64,000 nucleotides of DNA from Eledone cirrhosa (GCA_964016885.1 OZ024745.1:100378001-100442000); one strand, 5' to 3'; numbered from the stretch's first letter, positions 43,558 to 63,551 are shown. Notes: a model not told the origin generated them from the sequence alone. Program-made: numbers and translations.

Positions 43558-46500
43558 ATGACCTCACTCAGAATAGGCAGCATAAATGCGCGTGGCTTGG
43601 GGTCGTCATGGAAGCAGGGTCACCTGCTCAACGACCTCAGGTCACTAAACATAGATGTAGTGGCCATCAGCGAGACCAGAATCTCCGAAGCACGGGCCTT
43701 CGTACCGATCTTCGGCGGCTACGATGTGTACGCATCTCCCAGCCGTCCTGGATCGGGTGGAGGAGTTGCTGTGCTTTTTCGGAGAGGTTTGGATCTCGCC
43801 ATACGGGCCATCTTCCTGGACCCAGAGGGTAAGCTGGTGGTGCTGGACGTGACCAGCGGAGACGGGCAAGCTTTCAGGCTAGTGGCCGTCTATGCCCCGA
43901 CAGGAGCAGGGCGGCCTGATTTCTTCCGGCGTCTGGAGACCTTTCTTGGAACGTCCCGCTCTTTAGTGTTAGTGGGCGACTGGAACGGGATCTTAGATGC
44001 ACGCTGGGACTGTGTGGGATTAGCGGATAGGGGTGGAGGGTGCAAGAGCCTCACCAACCTGCTCAGGCGTTTTGAACTGTCTGACAGGTACCGATTGGAT
44101 TTCCCGAATGTGCCAATGTGGACTTGGACAAACCGCATAGGGTCATCCAGATCATATCTAGATAGAGTATTTTGTAGGGAAATAGATAGGTCTAGCATAG
44201 GCTGTCCACAATTCAAGATAGTCAGCTACACGGACCACAAATTCGTGATCTGTGTGCTTGACTTAGATAGGCTTCATAGACGAGGACCCGGCTACTGGAA
44301 GCTAAACGCGTCCTTACCAGCGCGCAAGGCCTACAGAGACCGGATTAGCGAACTAGTTAAGCGGGAGTTGACGGGGGCCATCGTCAACAACAAGTGGTGG
44401 TTTGCTCTGAAAAGAGCGATTAGAATAGAATCGATTAGGTTTAGTAAGGCTTTAGCAATAGAGAAAAATAGAGCAGAGGGAGAACTAGTTAGAAAATTAG
44501 ACGAGGCGCTTAGCAAAGGCATTGCGACCGACGTGCTTGCGGCGAAATTGGCCCTTGACCAATTCTTCAATGCAAAGCACGAAGGCTGCGTTGTCAGAGC
44601 TAGGGTGCGTGCTCTCAGACACGAGGGGACGAAAGCCGTTCAATGGGCCCGAGTGGCGGAGGCGCGTCGTGGCAACAAAGCCACGATCCGGTCTTTGGTG
44701 GACCACGACGGGCGCATGCTACTCGATCCCGGGCAAATGTGTGAAGCTTTTCAGCGACACTTCGCTCAGCTGTTCGGGGGCAGCGAGGGGCCGGGTAGAG
44801 GGATGGACTTTAGTGTCTACCTCGACGGACTGCCGCGGCTCTCGGCCACTGAGGCGAGGTGTTGCGAAAAGCCGATAACAGCCGCTGAAGTACGGGAGGC
44901 AATGACTGGCTGCACAAGGGGTAAATCGCCTGGTTTGGATGGTCTGCCCTATGAACTTTACGTACAGATGCCAGACTTGTTCGGAGGCCTCTTGGCGGAC
45001 GTCTACTGCAACTGGCAACAGAACGGGAGAATTCCCAGTTCTGTGAGCCGAGGAGCGGTGGCACTGCTGAGAAAGGATCCGAACAAGGGGGATAACATAG
45101 ACAATTTCCGGCCCATAACTCTGCTAAACACAGAGTTTAAGATTTTGGCCAAGGTGCTAGCAAAGAGGTTGGCGCTTGTCGTTGGTGGTCTGGTGGGAGA
45201 GGCGCAGACATGCGCCATTCCCGACAGATCCATCCACGACAACCTCCACCTCATGCGATACATCATAGAGAGGGTAGCTAGGGAACCTGGCACGGGTGGG
45301 TCCTTGATCAATTTAGATCAGTCGAAAGCTTTCGATAGGGTCGACCATCGTTACCTAGCGGCAGTCCTGAGGGCGGCTGGCTTTGGGCCCGTCTTCAGAG
45401 GCTGGATCGCTGCCATGCACAGCGACATCTGCTCTGTGGTGAGAGTGAACGGTCACCTGTCGGAACCGTTCAACATCTTGCGCTCGGTCCGCCAAGGATG
45501 TCCCCTCTCGTCCCTCTTGTACGTATTGACTCTCGAGCCATTACTGCACAAACTGGAGACGTTGAGGGGAGTCCCGCGCGAACTAGGATGCGGAAGATCC
45601 GTGTCAGCATATGCGGACGATGTCACCGTAGTGGTGTCGAACGCCAAACACATCGAGGCGATCGGCACTACACTAAGAGAATACGAAGCGGTGACAGGAG
45701 CAATGATCAACCAGGAAAAGTCAGTGGGCCTGCAGCTCGGCACCTGGAGAGGCAGGTCCATGCCGTCCAACAGCGTCGTCGGGCGCTGGACGGACGGACC
45801 GGTTAAATTACTAGGGGTCTGGTTCGGTCCGGACCTCCAGACGGACAAAAACTGGGACGAGGTGACGAGCAGGGTGGCTTCTCTCACCCAGAAATGGGCG
45901 GAGAGGAAGCTATCCCTGAAAGGTCGAGCGGAGGTGGCTAACGCGTACATCGCGTCTGTCATCTGCTACCGCCTAACCGTCGTACCTTGTCCTAAGCCTC
46001 GCCTGACTGCGCTGGAGCGTTTGCTCTTTCGCTTTTTGTGGAAGGGACGTGCTCCGATGGTCAGGCGGTCCATCTGTTGTCAACACCCGCTACGTGGAGG
46101 GCTGGGCATGCCGTGGCTGATGATGCGCAGGCACGCGCTCAGGCTACGACATCTCCACCTCTTCCTCGACGGTGATCAGGTGTGGTCGCCGTTTGCTAGA
46201 CGCGTTTTTCCCCAGCTCGTTTCCTTGACGGAGCTGCAGTCCTGGGTCAAGCGAAGACCGAGAGGGAGCGCCTGGAGACTGGAATGTCTTCAGGCGCTCA
46301 CAGCCCTCGACCAATCGGGCAATGTGATCGGTGGAAACTCCACCTCGGCGTTCTATAGAGGATTAGTGGAGGGGAAGAGCGACGACGTACTTGGGGAAAC
46401 TCTAGGCGTCGACGAAAATCAACTAGCCAATCTCTTCGGAAGAACTTTCGGGCCAGGGCCTATGGACAACTTCCAGAAATCTCTGGCCTGGCAGTGCTAC

Positions 46501-46977
46501 CGAGGAGCCTTGCCAGTTCGGGATAAACTCTACAGGCATGGAGGTGCCGTCAGCCGGGCATGTCCGAGATGCGCGCAGGGCGACGAAACCGTCCTGCACG
46601 CACTCGTCCAGTGTCCGAAAATTGCTGACTTGTGGGTTTATGTCGAACACCTGCTGTCGCGTTTAGGACGGATCCAGCTATCATCTGAGTCCATCGTGAG
46701 GATTGCCCCGCCCTCCTCCTTTAGCCTGGAAGGGCAGGCAGTTTTTATCTGTCTGGTGGCCATGGCGAAAGAGATAGTATGGTGGACACGTTTGAAAGGG
46801 CTGAAGACGAGCACTTACCTCTTCGGTGATGCTCTGATTGACTTTTTCAAATTTCATTTGAAAAGGAAAATCAGAGTAGAGAGGGAAGTGCTCTCTTCCC
46901 AGCATTTTGTTGAAAGATGGGTGAGAGAAGCAAGAATGGCCCGAGTGAATGGGCCTACTCTGAGCATATATCTGTAA
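43558..46977 (+). CDS. Tx1 ORF2: APE endonuclease, reverse transcriptase, C-terminal zinc motif; uninterrupted 1139 aa
   Basis: SINARG, SET, GDWN, YLDR, TDH, SPGLDG, RQGCPLS, YADD, CPRC..ETVLH...C. Confidence 0.97.
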   Translation: MTSLRIGSINARGLGSSWKQGHLLNDLRSLNIDVVAISETRISEARAFVPIFGGYDVYASPSRPGSGGGVAVLFRRGLDLAIRAIFLDPEGKLVVLDVTSGDGQAFRLVAVYAPTGAGRPDFFRRLETFLGTSRSLVLVGDWNGILDARWDCVGLADRGGGCKSLTNLLRRFELSDRYRLDFPNVPMWTWTNRIGSSRSYLDRVFCREIDRSSIGCPQFKIVSYTDHKFVICVLDLDRLHRRGPGYWKLNASLPARKAYRDRISELVKRELTGAIVNNKWWFALKRAIRIESIRFSKALAIEKNRAEGELVRKLDEALSKGIATDVLAAKLALDQFFNAKHEGCVVRARVRALRHEGTKAVQWARVAEARRGNKATIRSLVDHDGRMLLDPGQMCEAFQRHFAQLFGGSEGPGRGMDFSVYLDGLPRLSATEARCCEKPITAAEVREAMTGCTRGKSPGLDGLPYELYVQMPDLFGGLLADVYCNWQQNGRIPSSVSRGAVALLRKDPNKGDNIDNFRPITLLNTEFKILAKVLAKRLALVVGGLVGEAQTCAIPDRSIHDNLHLMRYIIERVAREPGTGGSLINLDQSKAFDRVDHRYLAAVLRAAGFGPVFRGWIAAMHSDICSVVRVNGHLSEPFNILRSVRQGCPLSSLLYVLTLEPLLHKLETLRGVPRELGCGRSVSAYADDVTVVVSNAKHIEAIGTTLREYEAVTGAMINQEKSVGLQLGTWRGRSMPSNSVVGRWTDGPVKLLGVWFGPDLQTDKNWDEVTSRVASLTQKWAERKLSLKGRAEVANAYIASVICYRLTVVPCPKPRLTALERLLFRFLWKGRAPMVRRSICCQHPLRGGLGMPWLMMRRHALRLRHLHLFLDGDQVWSPFARRVFPQLVSLTELQSWVKRRPRGSAWRLECLQALTALDQSGNVIGGNSTSAFYRGLVEGKSDDVLGETLGVDENQLANLFGRTFGPGPMDNFQKSLAWQCYRGALPVRDKLYRHGGAVSRACPRCAQGDETVLHALVQCPKIADLWVYVEHLLSRLGRIQLSSESIVRIAPPSSFSLEGQAVFICLVAMAKEIVWWTRLKGLKTSTYLFGDALIDFFKFHLKRKIRVEREVLSSQHFVERWVREARMARVNGPTLSIYL

Positions 46978-47238
46978 ATTAAAGGTGGAAAACTGGGAGA
47001 GGGCACTTGCCTTGGTGGTCAGGGTCATTGTGGCTTTTTACTGGGCTTTCTCCACAAATGTCCCTCCGAAGTCTCCCCCCTATTGGGGAATTTTTCATTG
47101 TTATTTTCATTGTTATTTTTGTTACATCCTCTGTTTTTGTTTTTTTTACACGCAGAAATGCCCATTTGTACCGTCCTGCATTGTCCTGCACTGTCCTTAA
47201 TGTCTACTTTATGTAAACCCTTGTGGTTAATAAAGAAA

Positions 47239-47290
<52 letters not shown>

Positions 47291-47291
<1 letters not shown>

Positions 47292-49290
47292 TGAGTCTCA
47301 GTCATTGATGTTAGTTAACTGGAAAGTTTGTTGAAATGAATATCAAGACACTACCTGCAGCCTCAGATATTCAGGACGTATCGGAGAGTTCTTGCTGTTT
47401 CTAGCAAGCATGCCTTTTGAAGTGTTCCAAAAAGCGAGGCGGGGCCAATTTTCTTTAACCATCCCTGGAAACCTTTTGAGATAGTCCCTAGTGCGCCTAT
47501 GACAATCGGGACCACTTTGACTTCATGGCAGTTCCAAATCCTTTTTACCTCCCACTTTAAGTCCTGATATCGGTTAATTTTCTCCCTCTCCTTCTCTTGC
47601 ACTCTCGTGTCGAATGGGCAGGCCACATCCACAATCAGGCACGATCTTTTTTTCTTGTCCAAAACCACCAGGCCAGGTCTATTGTGTTCCAGTTTCTTGT
47701 CCGTCTGTATCCTAAAATCCCATAGCACCTTCACCTGATCGTTTTCTATCACCGACTCTGGCTTATGCTCATACCACTTCTCAGAATGTGGTAAATTGTT
47801 TACTTTGCATAGGTGCCAGTGGATCACCCTGCCCATCACATCATGTCTCCGGCCTTTATAGTGAGTCTGGGCTAGGTGTTTACACTCGGATACAATGTGA
47901 GCAACAGTCTCCTCTCTCTCTCCACAGATCTTGCACATTGGGCTAGCCTCCTCCTTGTAAATATGGTGTTTCAGCCACTTCGTTTTGAGGGCCTGCTCTT
48001 GCGCAGCCATTAGCATTCCTTCTGTAGCCTTTTTAAGGTCTCCTCTTCTCAACCAGTTCCGTGTCTGTGGATCTCTGAATTCCGTTTTCTCGTATTATGA
48101 AGGGATTTTTCATGAAAGTTGCTCTTTCTCCTCGTTGTTATTTCCTCCTTGGACATCCCCTGGTCTATTGTCCTCTCCTTCAGTAAAATTCTGAGCTTTG
48201 GCTCCTTACTATCGGTCACGTATTTGTGTAGGTTGTTTTTCTCCATCTGAACACAGTCCTCTATGCTGATAAGACCTCTTCCACCTTCAGATCTCCTTAA
48301 GTAGAGTCTATCGACACCACTCCTCTTGTGGAACATGTTGTAGATAGTCAATAGCTTCCTAGTCTTCCTATCCATTTCTTTTTGTTCAGCAACATTCCAT
48401 CTCAGAATTCCCGCACTGTACCTAATAATAGACACAGCTCGGGAATTTACTGCACTTTTGACATTCCTACTGTTCAGATGTGACTTTAATACGCTCCTTA
48501 CTCTCCGAAGGTATTCAGATCTTATCAATTCCCTCATTTTTTTGTTCTTGATGTCATCAGCCTCCAGAATACCCAAATACTTGTATCCTTCTTCAGTGTC
48601 AATTTCCTTTATCATCTCACCTGTTGGTACCTGGATTCCGTTGCTTCTGCTCAATTTACCCCTCTTCATCACAAGGACTTCACGGTTACTAATACCAAAT
48701 TGCATACATATATCATTGCTGAAAATACTGACAGTGTCAACAAGCACATCCAACTCCTTCTCACTCTTCCCGAAGAGCTTAAGATCGTCCATGAAGAGGA
48801 GGTGATTGATGGTAAGCTCTCCCTTTCCCAACTTGTATCCTGCTCTCACTTTTCGCAGTACACCGATCAGGGGCATCAGGGCAAGGACAAACAACAGAGG
48901 GGACAGAATATCTCCCTGGAAGATACCTCTCTTGATCTTCACGCCTCCCAAGGATTCTCAAGCTGATGTTAACTCTGTTTTCCAGGACTTCATAGTTTTG
49001 CTCAACAACTGTCTGATGTTATCTGCCACCTTGATGATCCAAGAGTGAGGCATCATGTCAAATGCCTTTTTATAGTCTATCCATCCCATAGCAAGACCAG
49101 TGTTTCTCCTCTTGCAATTCCTCATTACCATCTTATCAATAAGTAACTGGTCCTTTGTACCACGGGACTTCTTTCGGCATCCTTTCTGTTCGTCCGGTAA
49201 CAAGTTGTTTGTGTGGAGGTGATGGTAGATTTCCTCAGACACAATGCTTGTCAACAGTTTCCACATTACGGAAAGACATGTGATAGGTCT
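47291..49290 (-). mobile_element. R4/Dong LINE family B, 5'-truncated, (TAA)n at both ends
   Basis: [60 protein letters not shown]; frameshifted. Confidence 0.9.
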
Positions 49291-49317
49291 ATTATTATTA
49301 TTATTATTATTATTATT

Positions 49318-52534
<3,217 letters not shown>

Positions 52535-52582
52535 GACGTAAAATAAGAAAATTATAAAAATTAACTTACTTACTAAAATTTC

Positions 52583-52664
52583 ACTCCAACTAATTAGTTT
52601 CTGAAATGGAATAAACATAGTTTCTGAAGAAACGTACGGAGAAGCCTTTCGTCATCAGGGAAGT
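52583..52664 (-). ncRNA. hammerhead-like motif with long stem II
   Basis: Minus strand: ttcc-CTGATGA-cgaaagg(...)ccatttca-GAAA-CTAATTAG-TT-ggag. The island sits in (TA)n. Confidence 0.55.
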
Positions 52665-53092
52665 CTATTCTCAGCTAAGTTTCCAGGCAATGGAACTTAT
52701 ACAAAAATAATTCAGTGGATTGAAAAAAGCAAAGCGTGGACTAAGTTCCAAGCCATTGAAAAAATCACTGCCTACTGCGTCGGTGGCAAATTCAAAAGAA
52801 TCAATCACGTGACATCGAGGTTAATCAGTGAGGAGTGTTTTGTTAAGAAGACAGCAGCCGAACCGTTACTATGAACTATAGTAGCAGTTTTGGCCAATTT
52901 TTGCTCGACAAAATAATTTGGAGATAATTATAAAGAATTAGTATATCTACTAACATATATATACAGATGCATACCTATACCAGCAAATATATAGGTTTTG
53001 TCTTAGTAACTTTGTGGTTCAATGCATGGGGATGCAGAACAATAATATGAAAGACGTAAAATAAAAAAATTATAAAAATTAACTTACTTACT

Positions 53093-53202
<110 letters not shown>

Positions 53203-53351
53203 GAAGGTGAGTTTTATTGTAGTACAATAAAGCAATGCAGATATCGGATAAGAATATATCTCCTCTCAGTTATAAAAACTATCTCTTTCTCTCTATCACC
53301 CATCTCTCCCTCTCATCTCCTTCCCTTTTCATCCTCCCCCCCCCCTCTCTA

Positions 53352-53561
53352 AATAAAATATTTTTCCCAATATCACACATCAATCTAAAACCACTTTTCA
53401 TATGTTGATTTAAAACTGCACTATCCACAAGTGTTTTTTAGCCTTCATATCATGTTCTCCTGTTTTATCTGATGAAAACACAAATATTATTGCTTGATGA
53501 TGTTTGTTTTTGAAATGCGCATAATAAAATATATGGAACTCCTTTAACCATCTTTTGATCT

Positions 53562-53615
<54 letters not shown>

Positions 53616-53636
53616 GTATGTGTATATATATATATG

Positions 53637-53710
<74 letters not shown>

Positions 53711-53765
53711 ATCAAACATATATGGAGGAGAAAGGAAGACATTTAAAAACAAGATTTAATTCTTA
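53352..53765. mobile_element. decayed GIY-YIG fragments (Penelope-like)
   Basis: Plus strand 53710-53760 reads [17 protein letters not shown] (YIGETGR.L..R-like). Minus strand has GEH...DSAVLNQH across a frameshift. Confidence 0.4.
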
Positions 53766-53879
53766 CACTGTTTTTCGTCTTCAAGTACATTTATGATACA
53801 ACAGGTAAACATATATGTGTGTATAAATACTACTGGTTGCTGGAGGAAAAGTCCAATGCGTACGATAGCATATAGCATG

Positions 53880-53929
<50 letters not shown>

Positions 53930-54875
53930 TGTCTGTGTGTGTCTGTCTGTGTGTGTATGTGTGTCTGCATGTTTGTGTGTGTGCGTTTTTTTGTTTATCC
54001 CGTAACATTGCGGTTCGACAATGAAAATCGATAAAAAGTAGCCGACTTGAAAAGACAAGTAGCAGGATCGAAGTGATTAATTCGGCGCTACAGAATACTC
54101 TCAGTGAAATGACTGAAACCAGTAAAACCATAAAATAATACGTTTCGATAATTATTTAATTATCTAAAAATCCGAAAGAAAGACAAGCAAAGTAAAACTT
54201 GCCGGAACTTGAGCCTACAATGTTAAGAGACAATAAAATATTACAAAGGATTTTGTCTAGCTATGCACAAGGCCACTCATTTCACAAGTGGCAGTGATCG
54301 ATTAAATCAATCTCCAGTATTTGACTAATACATATTACATGGACCCTTGAAATAAGGAAAAGCAATGTTTACATCGATGGAGTTTTGAAATTATAAGGTA
54401 AAAGAGCTCACATCAAAACTGCTATGTATTTTATCCGACGCTATATCGATACCGAAACTCACAAATAAATATTTATTAGATTGGCATACATTTTACAGTT
54501 GGAATAGTCGATTGAATCGTTTGCAGAACTCAACACATATTTTATCGATCTCAGATTATTAAAAGATAACATTAACGTCAGCTGGATTTGAACTCACATC
54601 ATCCAGTGTTGATCAAATTAATACAAGTCAATTAGTGGAGTCGATATAATCGGTTATATCACTTACTCACGATATATGACCTGTTCTTATGTGAGATATC
54701 ATTATGTTAACAACATAATTCAAAACGTTTATTTTGTTATATTATTGATAATATTTCATATTACTCATCAACAATAACAGGCCGTACGATGATACAGAAG
54801 ATAAAAATGGAAATAGTTTCATAGAATGTGTATGTATATATAAGTATGTATGTATGTATGTATGTATGTATGTAT

Positions 54876-56982
54876 GTTCTTCTGGTTTTATAATTTCACA
54901 AATGTTTTACCAATAGAGAGAGAGTCGGTTTCTAACATAGACACAAGACTGTCTCATTGGAATTTACACAACATCAACTAGGTAGATTAGGTATGCATGC
55001 ATGTGTAGATATGGATGTTATTGTATGTGTGGATGTGTATGTTTTGAGTTGTATATGTGCATGAGCATATGCTTTGTATCTCTAATATGTGTATATGCAG
55101 TTATTAGATGCAACATTTTTGGAATGTTTTACATATTTTTACTGTTCCATTAATGGATTGTATTTGTAGTTTCCTAACTAGTTGTGTTCTTTCTGTTCTT
55201 GTAAAGCCTAGCTTCTCAAGATTTGTATTGAGGCAGTTACTAACATAACCCAGTGCCCCAATAATCACAGACATAAATCTGAAGGTGTAATCAGGGTGGA
55301 GTATCTGCAGATTTCTCATAGGTTCTGCATAAGTATTCTCCTTTTCGCTAATCTTTGGTATTATATTGGCATCTACTGGGCAGCTAATTTTAACTACTGT
55401 GCATGCTTTCTTCTCCCTGTCTCATACAATATCTGGTCTGTTATGCCTGCATTTTATTGGGGTTTTACTGGAACATTCCACCAGTACTCTTTTATATTAT
55501 GTACATGGATGTCTTCCACATTGCTGTAGCTTTTAATGTGTTTATTATCGGGGCTATCTTTTTTACGATTGCATTGTACAGTGTTTTGGCCACTACATCA
55601 TGCCTAGTAGATAGTACCGCGATGACATCTTTGGACAGCTGCTCATGACATGGGTGATATCCTCGATGTTAGTTCTGCAGAGTCTGCACTTGTTATCACA
55701 TCTAGGTGTTTTGCCTGCATCCCTATCTCTTTTGTGAATCAGGTATTTCGTGTTAATCTCCTGTTCTTGGATTGCAAAAGCGTATCCTTCAAAGTGGGAG
55801 CTAATATAGCGGTTGTTGGTCCAAGATAGATTACTTTCCTTATCTATATTACTCTCACTCTGGAGCTTCCTGGCAACATATCCATGCATGATTTTTTGCT
55901 GATAAGCATTCAGTTTTTCATCCATGGATTCACTGCGATACTGCTGAGCGACTTCCCTGGGTGTGAGTTTTTAATTATCACACAGGGAATATCTCTCAAG
56001 GAGTTCCTTCCCAACTCTCTAGATCTTATCTGTTTCATGCAGATAGACTTGCTCAAGAGACGATCTCCTACGCTTCGAGGTTCGTAGATGTTGTCGGAGG
56101 GATATGATGCGACATTCAAATGTTGTCTGGACTGATGTTAGGCCTCTGCCTCCCTACTTACGTTTCAAGTAAAGGCGGTCTATGTCACTGTTGATGTGGA
56201 AGTTTCCGGTGTTGATTAGTATTTTTCAAGTTCTAACATCAGTCGCTCGGATTTCGTCTATCGCCCAATTGTGTATTCCAAAAGTTGGACAGGCACAGCA
56301 AACACATTGTGAACCACTGTTTTGTTTTGTGAAGAGAGTTCCGATGACCATATCTTTCTTAATCGGGTGTAGTATTCCCTGGTTACTCGTTCCTTATTAC
56401 ATATACCATTATAGGATATGTTCTCATCTATCCCCAGATATCTGTAGCAGTCCTTATCAGATATTGGTGAAACAGTTAGGCCATTGATATAAATGTTGCT
56501 AGATTGGGTTGTTGTTTTTCCCCGCCTTACAGTCATATATGAGCATTTATCTTGGCCAAACTCCATTCCTATATCCTTTGAGAATGTTGTAACCAGGTCA
56601 AGATTTTTCTTCATCCCATCCATGTTCTTGGCATCGGGTTTCTGATCATCCACAAAGAAATTATGGGTTAGGTTCGTATTTCTGTCCTCCTGTGAGCCAT
56701 TGATGTATCCTTCACATTTCTTGAGCAGAAAGGACAAGGGGTTTAATAACAGGATGAATAATATCACAGAGAGACTGTCTCCCTGAAATATAGCCCTGCG
56801 ATATTTTGTTTTATCAATGAAAATAGACTCCTCCTTCTCCGTCTTCCCCCTGTCCCATATCATAATATCTGGTCTTTTATGCCTGCATTTTATTGGGGTT
56901 TTTACTGGAACATTCCACCAGTACTCTTTCATATTATGTACGTAGATATCTTCCATATTGCTGTAGCTTTTAATGTGTTTAT
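54876..56982 (-). mobile_element. R4/Dong family A, 5'-truncated and rearranged copy
   Basis: High similarity to 25990-27400 and 27687-28283. Complete 3' end with (TACA)n tail; an endonuclease-region segment is duplicated at 56843-56982. Confidence 0.9.
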
Positions 56983-57184
56983 GTATGTATGTATGTGTGT
57001 GTAGGTTTGCTGCTGCTGTTGCTTGATCATCCTTGGGTCATCCTTGATAAAATAAATCTATGATTAGCGTTCCTGCTGTGATCATACCACCTTGTCCCAT
57101 AGCAATGCTTTTTTTCTAAGACGGCAAGGGAGATTTGGTTGTCATTTTGGGAAGGTCATATATATGAGCGCACACACACACACG

Positions 57185-57259
<75 letters not shown>

Positions 57260-57322
57260 GCGCATAATAAATATATATTATATAACATACATATATATAC
57301 TTACACACACACATGTATAATG

Positions 57323-57386
<64 letters not shown>

Positions 57387-57611
57387 GTGTGTGTGCGTGT
57401 ATGTATTGGTTGTTATATTTCCATATCATTGCGATAAAAATCGTCGTATACGTCTGCATTTTGTAGGGAAAGTGAAAATCAATACGATTTACGAAGATTA
57501 GAGAAAAAGATCCACAGACAATGAAGAATAAGAAATTAGATAATGGCTGTCTGATGAGGTCATATAAATTACATAATTCATACTATTGAATGCGTTATAA
57601 CAGTAATGACA

Positions 57612-58418
57612 TCTGTATATATATAAAATTAAGTATTTGTATGTGTGTGTCTGTGTGTCTGTGTATTACCTATAGGGGCCTACATCTTACGACCGATTTT
57701 CATGAAAATTTACAGGCTCATAGATTACTCATCGGGGAGTGTTTTCTATATATCAGCGTATCGTTTTTTTTTTTTATTCCGGGGTCATTCTGCAGATAAA
57801 AATCGATAGGGGGGGGGGGGGGGGGGGGGTCACCTTTTTTTAGGTATCGAAAAATAAGATTTTTGGCTCTAACTCCCACATTTTGCACCGATTTCGTTCG
57901 AATTTTAAAGCAAAATAGAATCTTTCATTGCACATGTTGTAATGGCTTTATATTTTGCATATGTTGTTCAGGGACGGCGTGGCAGCCGCTTAAATATTCA
58001 AAAATACCACTTTTAGACTAAAATTTCTACTTTTTCGGCTCTAGCTCCCACATTAATCAACCCACTTTGTTCAAATTTTACACTACGCTAGATGTGATTA
58101 TTTCACGTCTTAAAGTGGCTTTACATTTTAGATTTTTTTTGTTCAGGGATGGCGTGGCAGCTGCTTAAATATTCGAAAATACCACCTTTTCGCTATAATT
58201 TCCGCCTTTTCGGACAAATATTTAATAAAATTGTGAATAAATGGACGAAAAAGACTGTATATAGCCGCCGCCGTGATCTCTCAAAATCGAAGAGCTGTGA
58301 TCTCTCAAAATCGAAGAAGTAGCAGCTCTTTCTAGGGCGACTTCTAATCTCCCAGCTACGAACTATCGAGTAAGGTTGCACCGAAGACCCTTCGGGAGAA
58401 CCCCAATTTGGCCGCTTG
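57612..58418 (+). mobile_element. probable non-autonomous Helitron
   Basis: A|TCTGTATATATATAAAA start, gtctgtgtgtctg repeat, accgattttcatgaaa motif, internal ~175-bp duplication, hairpin CCGAAG acc CTTCGG and CTTG|T end. Confidence 0.5.
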
Positions 58419-58774
58419 TATTCGCGATCGCATTTTTTCTTCCATTACTTAGTGTAAATAAATGATCAACAAAAATCGTTTGAATACAAAAATGTATGAG
58501 ACGATGTTGTATTTCATACCCCGGCATCTGTATATAGCTGAAGGAGTACTGACGATCAGTAAGTATAGTGAAATGCACCCATCCACTGCTTTTACCCCGA
58601 TAATGAGGTTGTTTGGATATGATTACAGTTTAAAGTACAGCGCGACTAAATGTGTGTTTATTATACGAGTCCATAGTGCGTTGTTTTGCCAGTATCGGTA
58701 GAGGGTCGGACGCCATGCTTTGCAACATCGAGTTACGGCCCTTCTATTTTTCTTTTCTGTGTGTAGATTCTATT

Positions 58775-59915
58775 TTTATGAGAGATAAAATCAGAGTATA
58801 TAGAGGAGCCAGAACCAAATGGGAAAAATGGTAAATAATGACACAAATGGGACCCGCCCTTGTTCAGGAGAACATTTTGGAATAGAATAGAAAGAACTAG
58901 GAATAAGGTTAATAGAATAAACTCATGGTATGATAGCAATAAATACCAGAGTGTAATGTTCCTCAATACAACCCCCAGAGGTGAATTAGCTTACAAATTT
59001 AGAAGGGCCCTAGATAAAGATAAACTTAAATATTAAGATAGTAGAAAGACCAGGTGCCTCCATAAAAACACTTATTAGCAATGCATACCCTTTTCAAAGA
59101 CCTCCCTGTATAGATAAGAAATACATAATCTGTAAACTAAGCCCCATATTAACTGTAAAACTAGAATGTAGTATATAGCATAAGATGTACTGAAGGACAA
59201 TGTAAAGATAAGAATATAGTGTACATAGGTGAGACAGCTCATAGTAGAGGAGAACGGTTAAATGAACACGGGCGAGAACTTCAAGATAAAAAAGAATCAT
59301 CAATACTCCACCAACATGCTAAAATAGAACATAAGGGCAAATTAGAGAACATAGAAATAAAAATAGAATCTACATACAGAAAAAGACGCAATGTAAGACA
59401 AATCACAGAGGCAATAAACATAAATGAACTCCAACCAAACTTAAATAGAAAACATGAATGGAATAGCAACATCACAACTTACAATTAAGGACAAAATGAA
59501 AACACACACACACGTAGAACAAACAACCAACCGGTAACATGTAAATAAACAAATAAATAAACAAATAAAAACACACACAGACACCCGGATGTAACACATG
59601 CGCAAACTAAGCACACAACACACACACAAACAAGATGGCGTAGGACAGAACAAAGGAGAGGCACAAAACAAAGAAAAGAATCTCCAGACGCCACAGAATG
59701 TGTGACGAAAGAACTTTGACAATATCTGAACAACCACCCGATTATGGAACCAACCAACCAACCGGAAATTTATAAATTCTTAAATTTATAAATTTAATTT
59801 ATAATAAATTGGAGTGAAAGCAACTGGAGAGTGTTTTTTCTTATTGGCAACATGACCCTCACAAAGCATAACAATATCAGTTTCAACACACGTTTTCAGA
59901 TAAAGGATCTTGCTA

Positions 59916-59920
<5 letters not shown>
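58775..59920 (+). mobile_element. 5'-truncated Penelope-like element (Naiad-like linker, GIY-YIG endonuclease, pLTR)
   Basis: PLFRRTFWNRIER..SWY...VMFLNTTPRGEL..KIVERPG..PF, then VYSIRC...YIGETAHSRGERLNEH...HQH...RQITEAINI...PNLNRKHEW. Confidence 0.85.
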
Positions 59921-63251
<3,331 letters not shown>

Positions 63252-63269
63252 CACAGACCGTCGTTGGAT

Positions 63270-63447
63270 TGGCAGTATCGGTAGAGGGTCGGACGCCATG
63301 CTTTGACGCATAGAGTTACGGCCCTTTCCAATCTGAGTTCAAATCTCGCCGAGGTTAACTATGCCTTACATCCTTACGGGGTCGATAAAATAAAGTACCA
63401 GTAATGCACTGGGCCATTGCTGGCCTTGTGACAAAAGTAGAAACAAT
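63270..63447 (+). mobile_element. full-length Nin-domain SINE
   Basis: A box, B box, core and tail. A 5' fragment also lies at 58687-58745. Confidence 0.9.
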
Positions 63448-63467
63448 TATTATAGACATAGACATAA

Positions 63468-63502
<35 letters not shown>

Positions 63503-63551
63503 CATCTGTGTATTTGCGCGCGTTTTTTGTTTGTGTGCGTGTGTGTGTGCA

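Larger units (their letters stand above)
41216..47240 (+). mobile_element. full-length L1/Tx1-clade LINE inserted in (ATT)n
   Basis: 5' UTR, ORF1, ORF2 and 3' UTR ending aataaagaaatc; (ATT)n on both sides. Confidence 0.95.

Noticed and set aside
44331-46650. Antisense and alternate-frame ORFs within the LINEs
   Set aside because: Shadow ORFs expected in GC-richer coding sequence.
59100-59220. Selenocysteine recoding as reported for some Naiad elements
   Set aside because: The Cys positions are TGT codons or decayed, with no in-frame TGA at those sites.
59874-59910. CTGAAAA...GAAA as a hammerhead
   Set aside because: C3-A8 mismatch, no proper stem II and no stem I.
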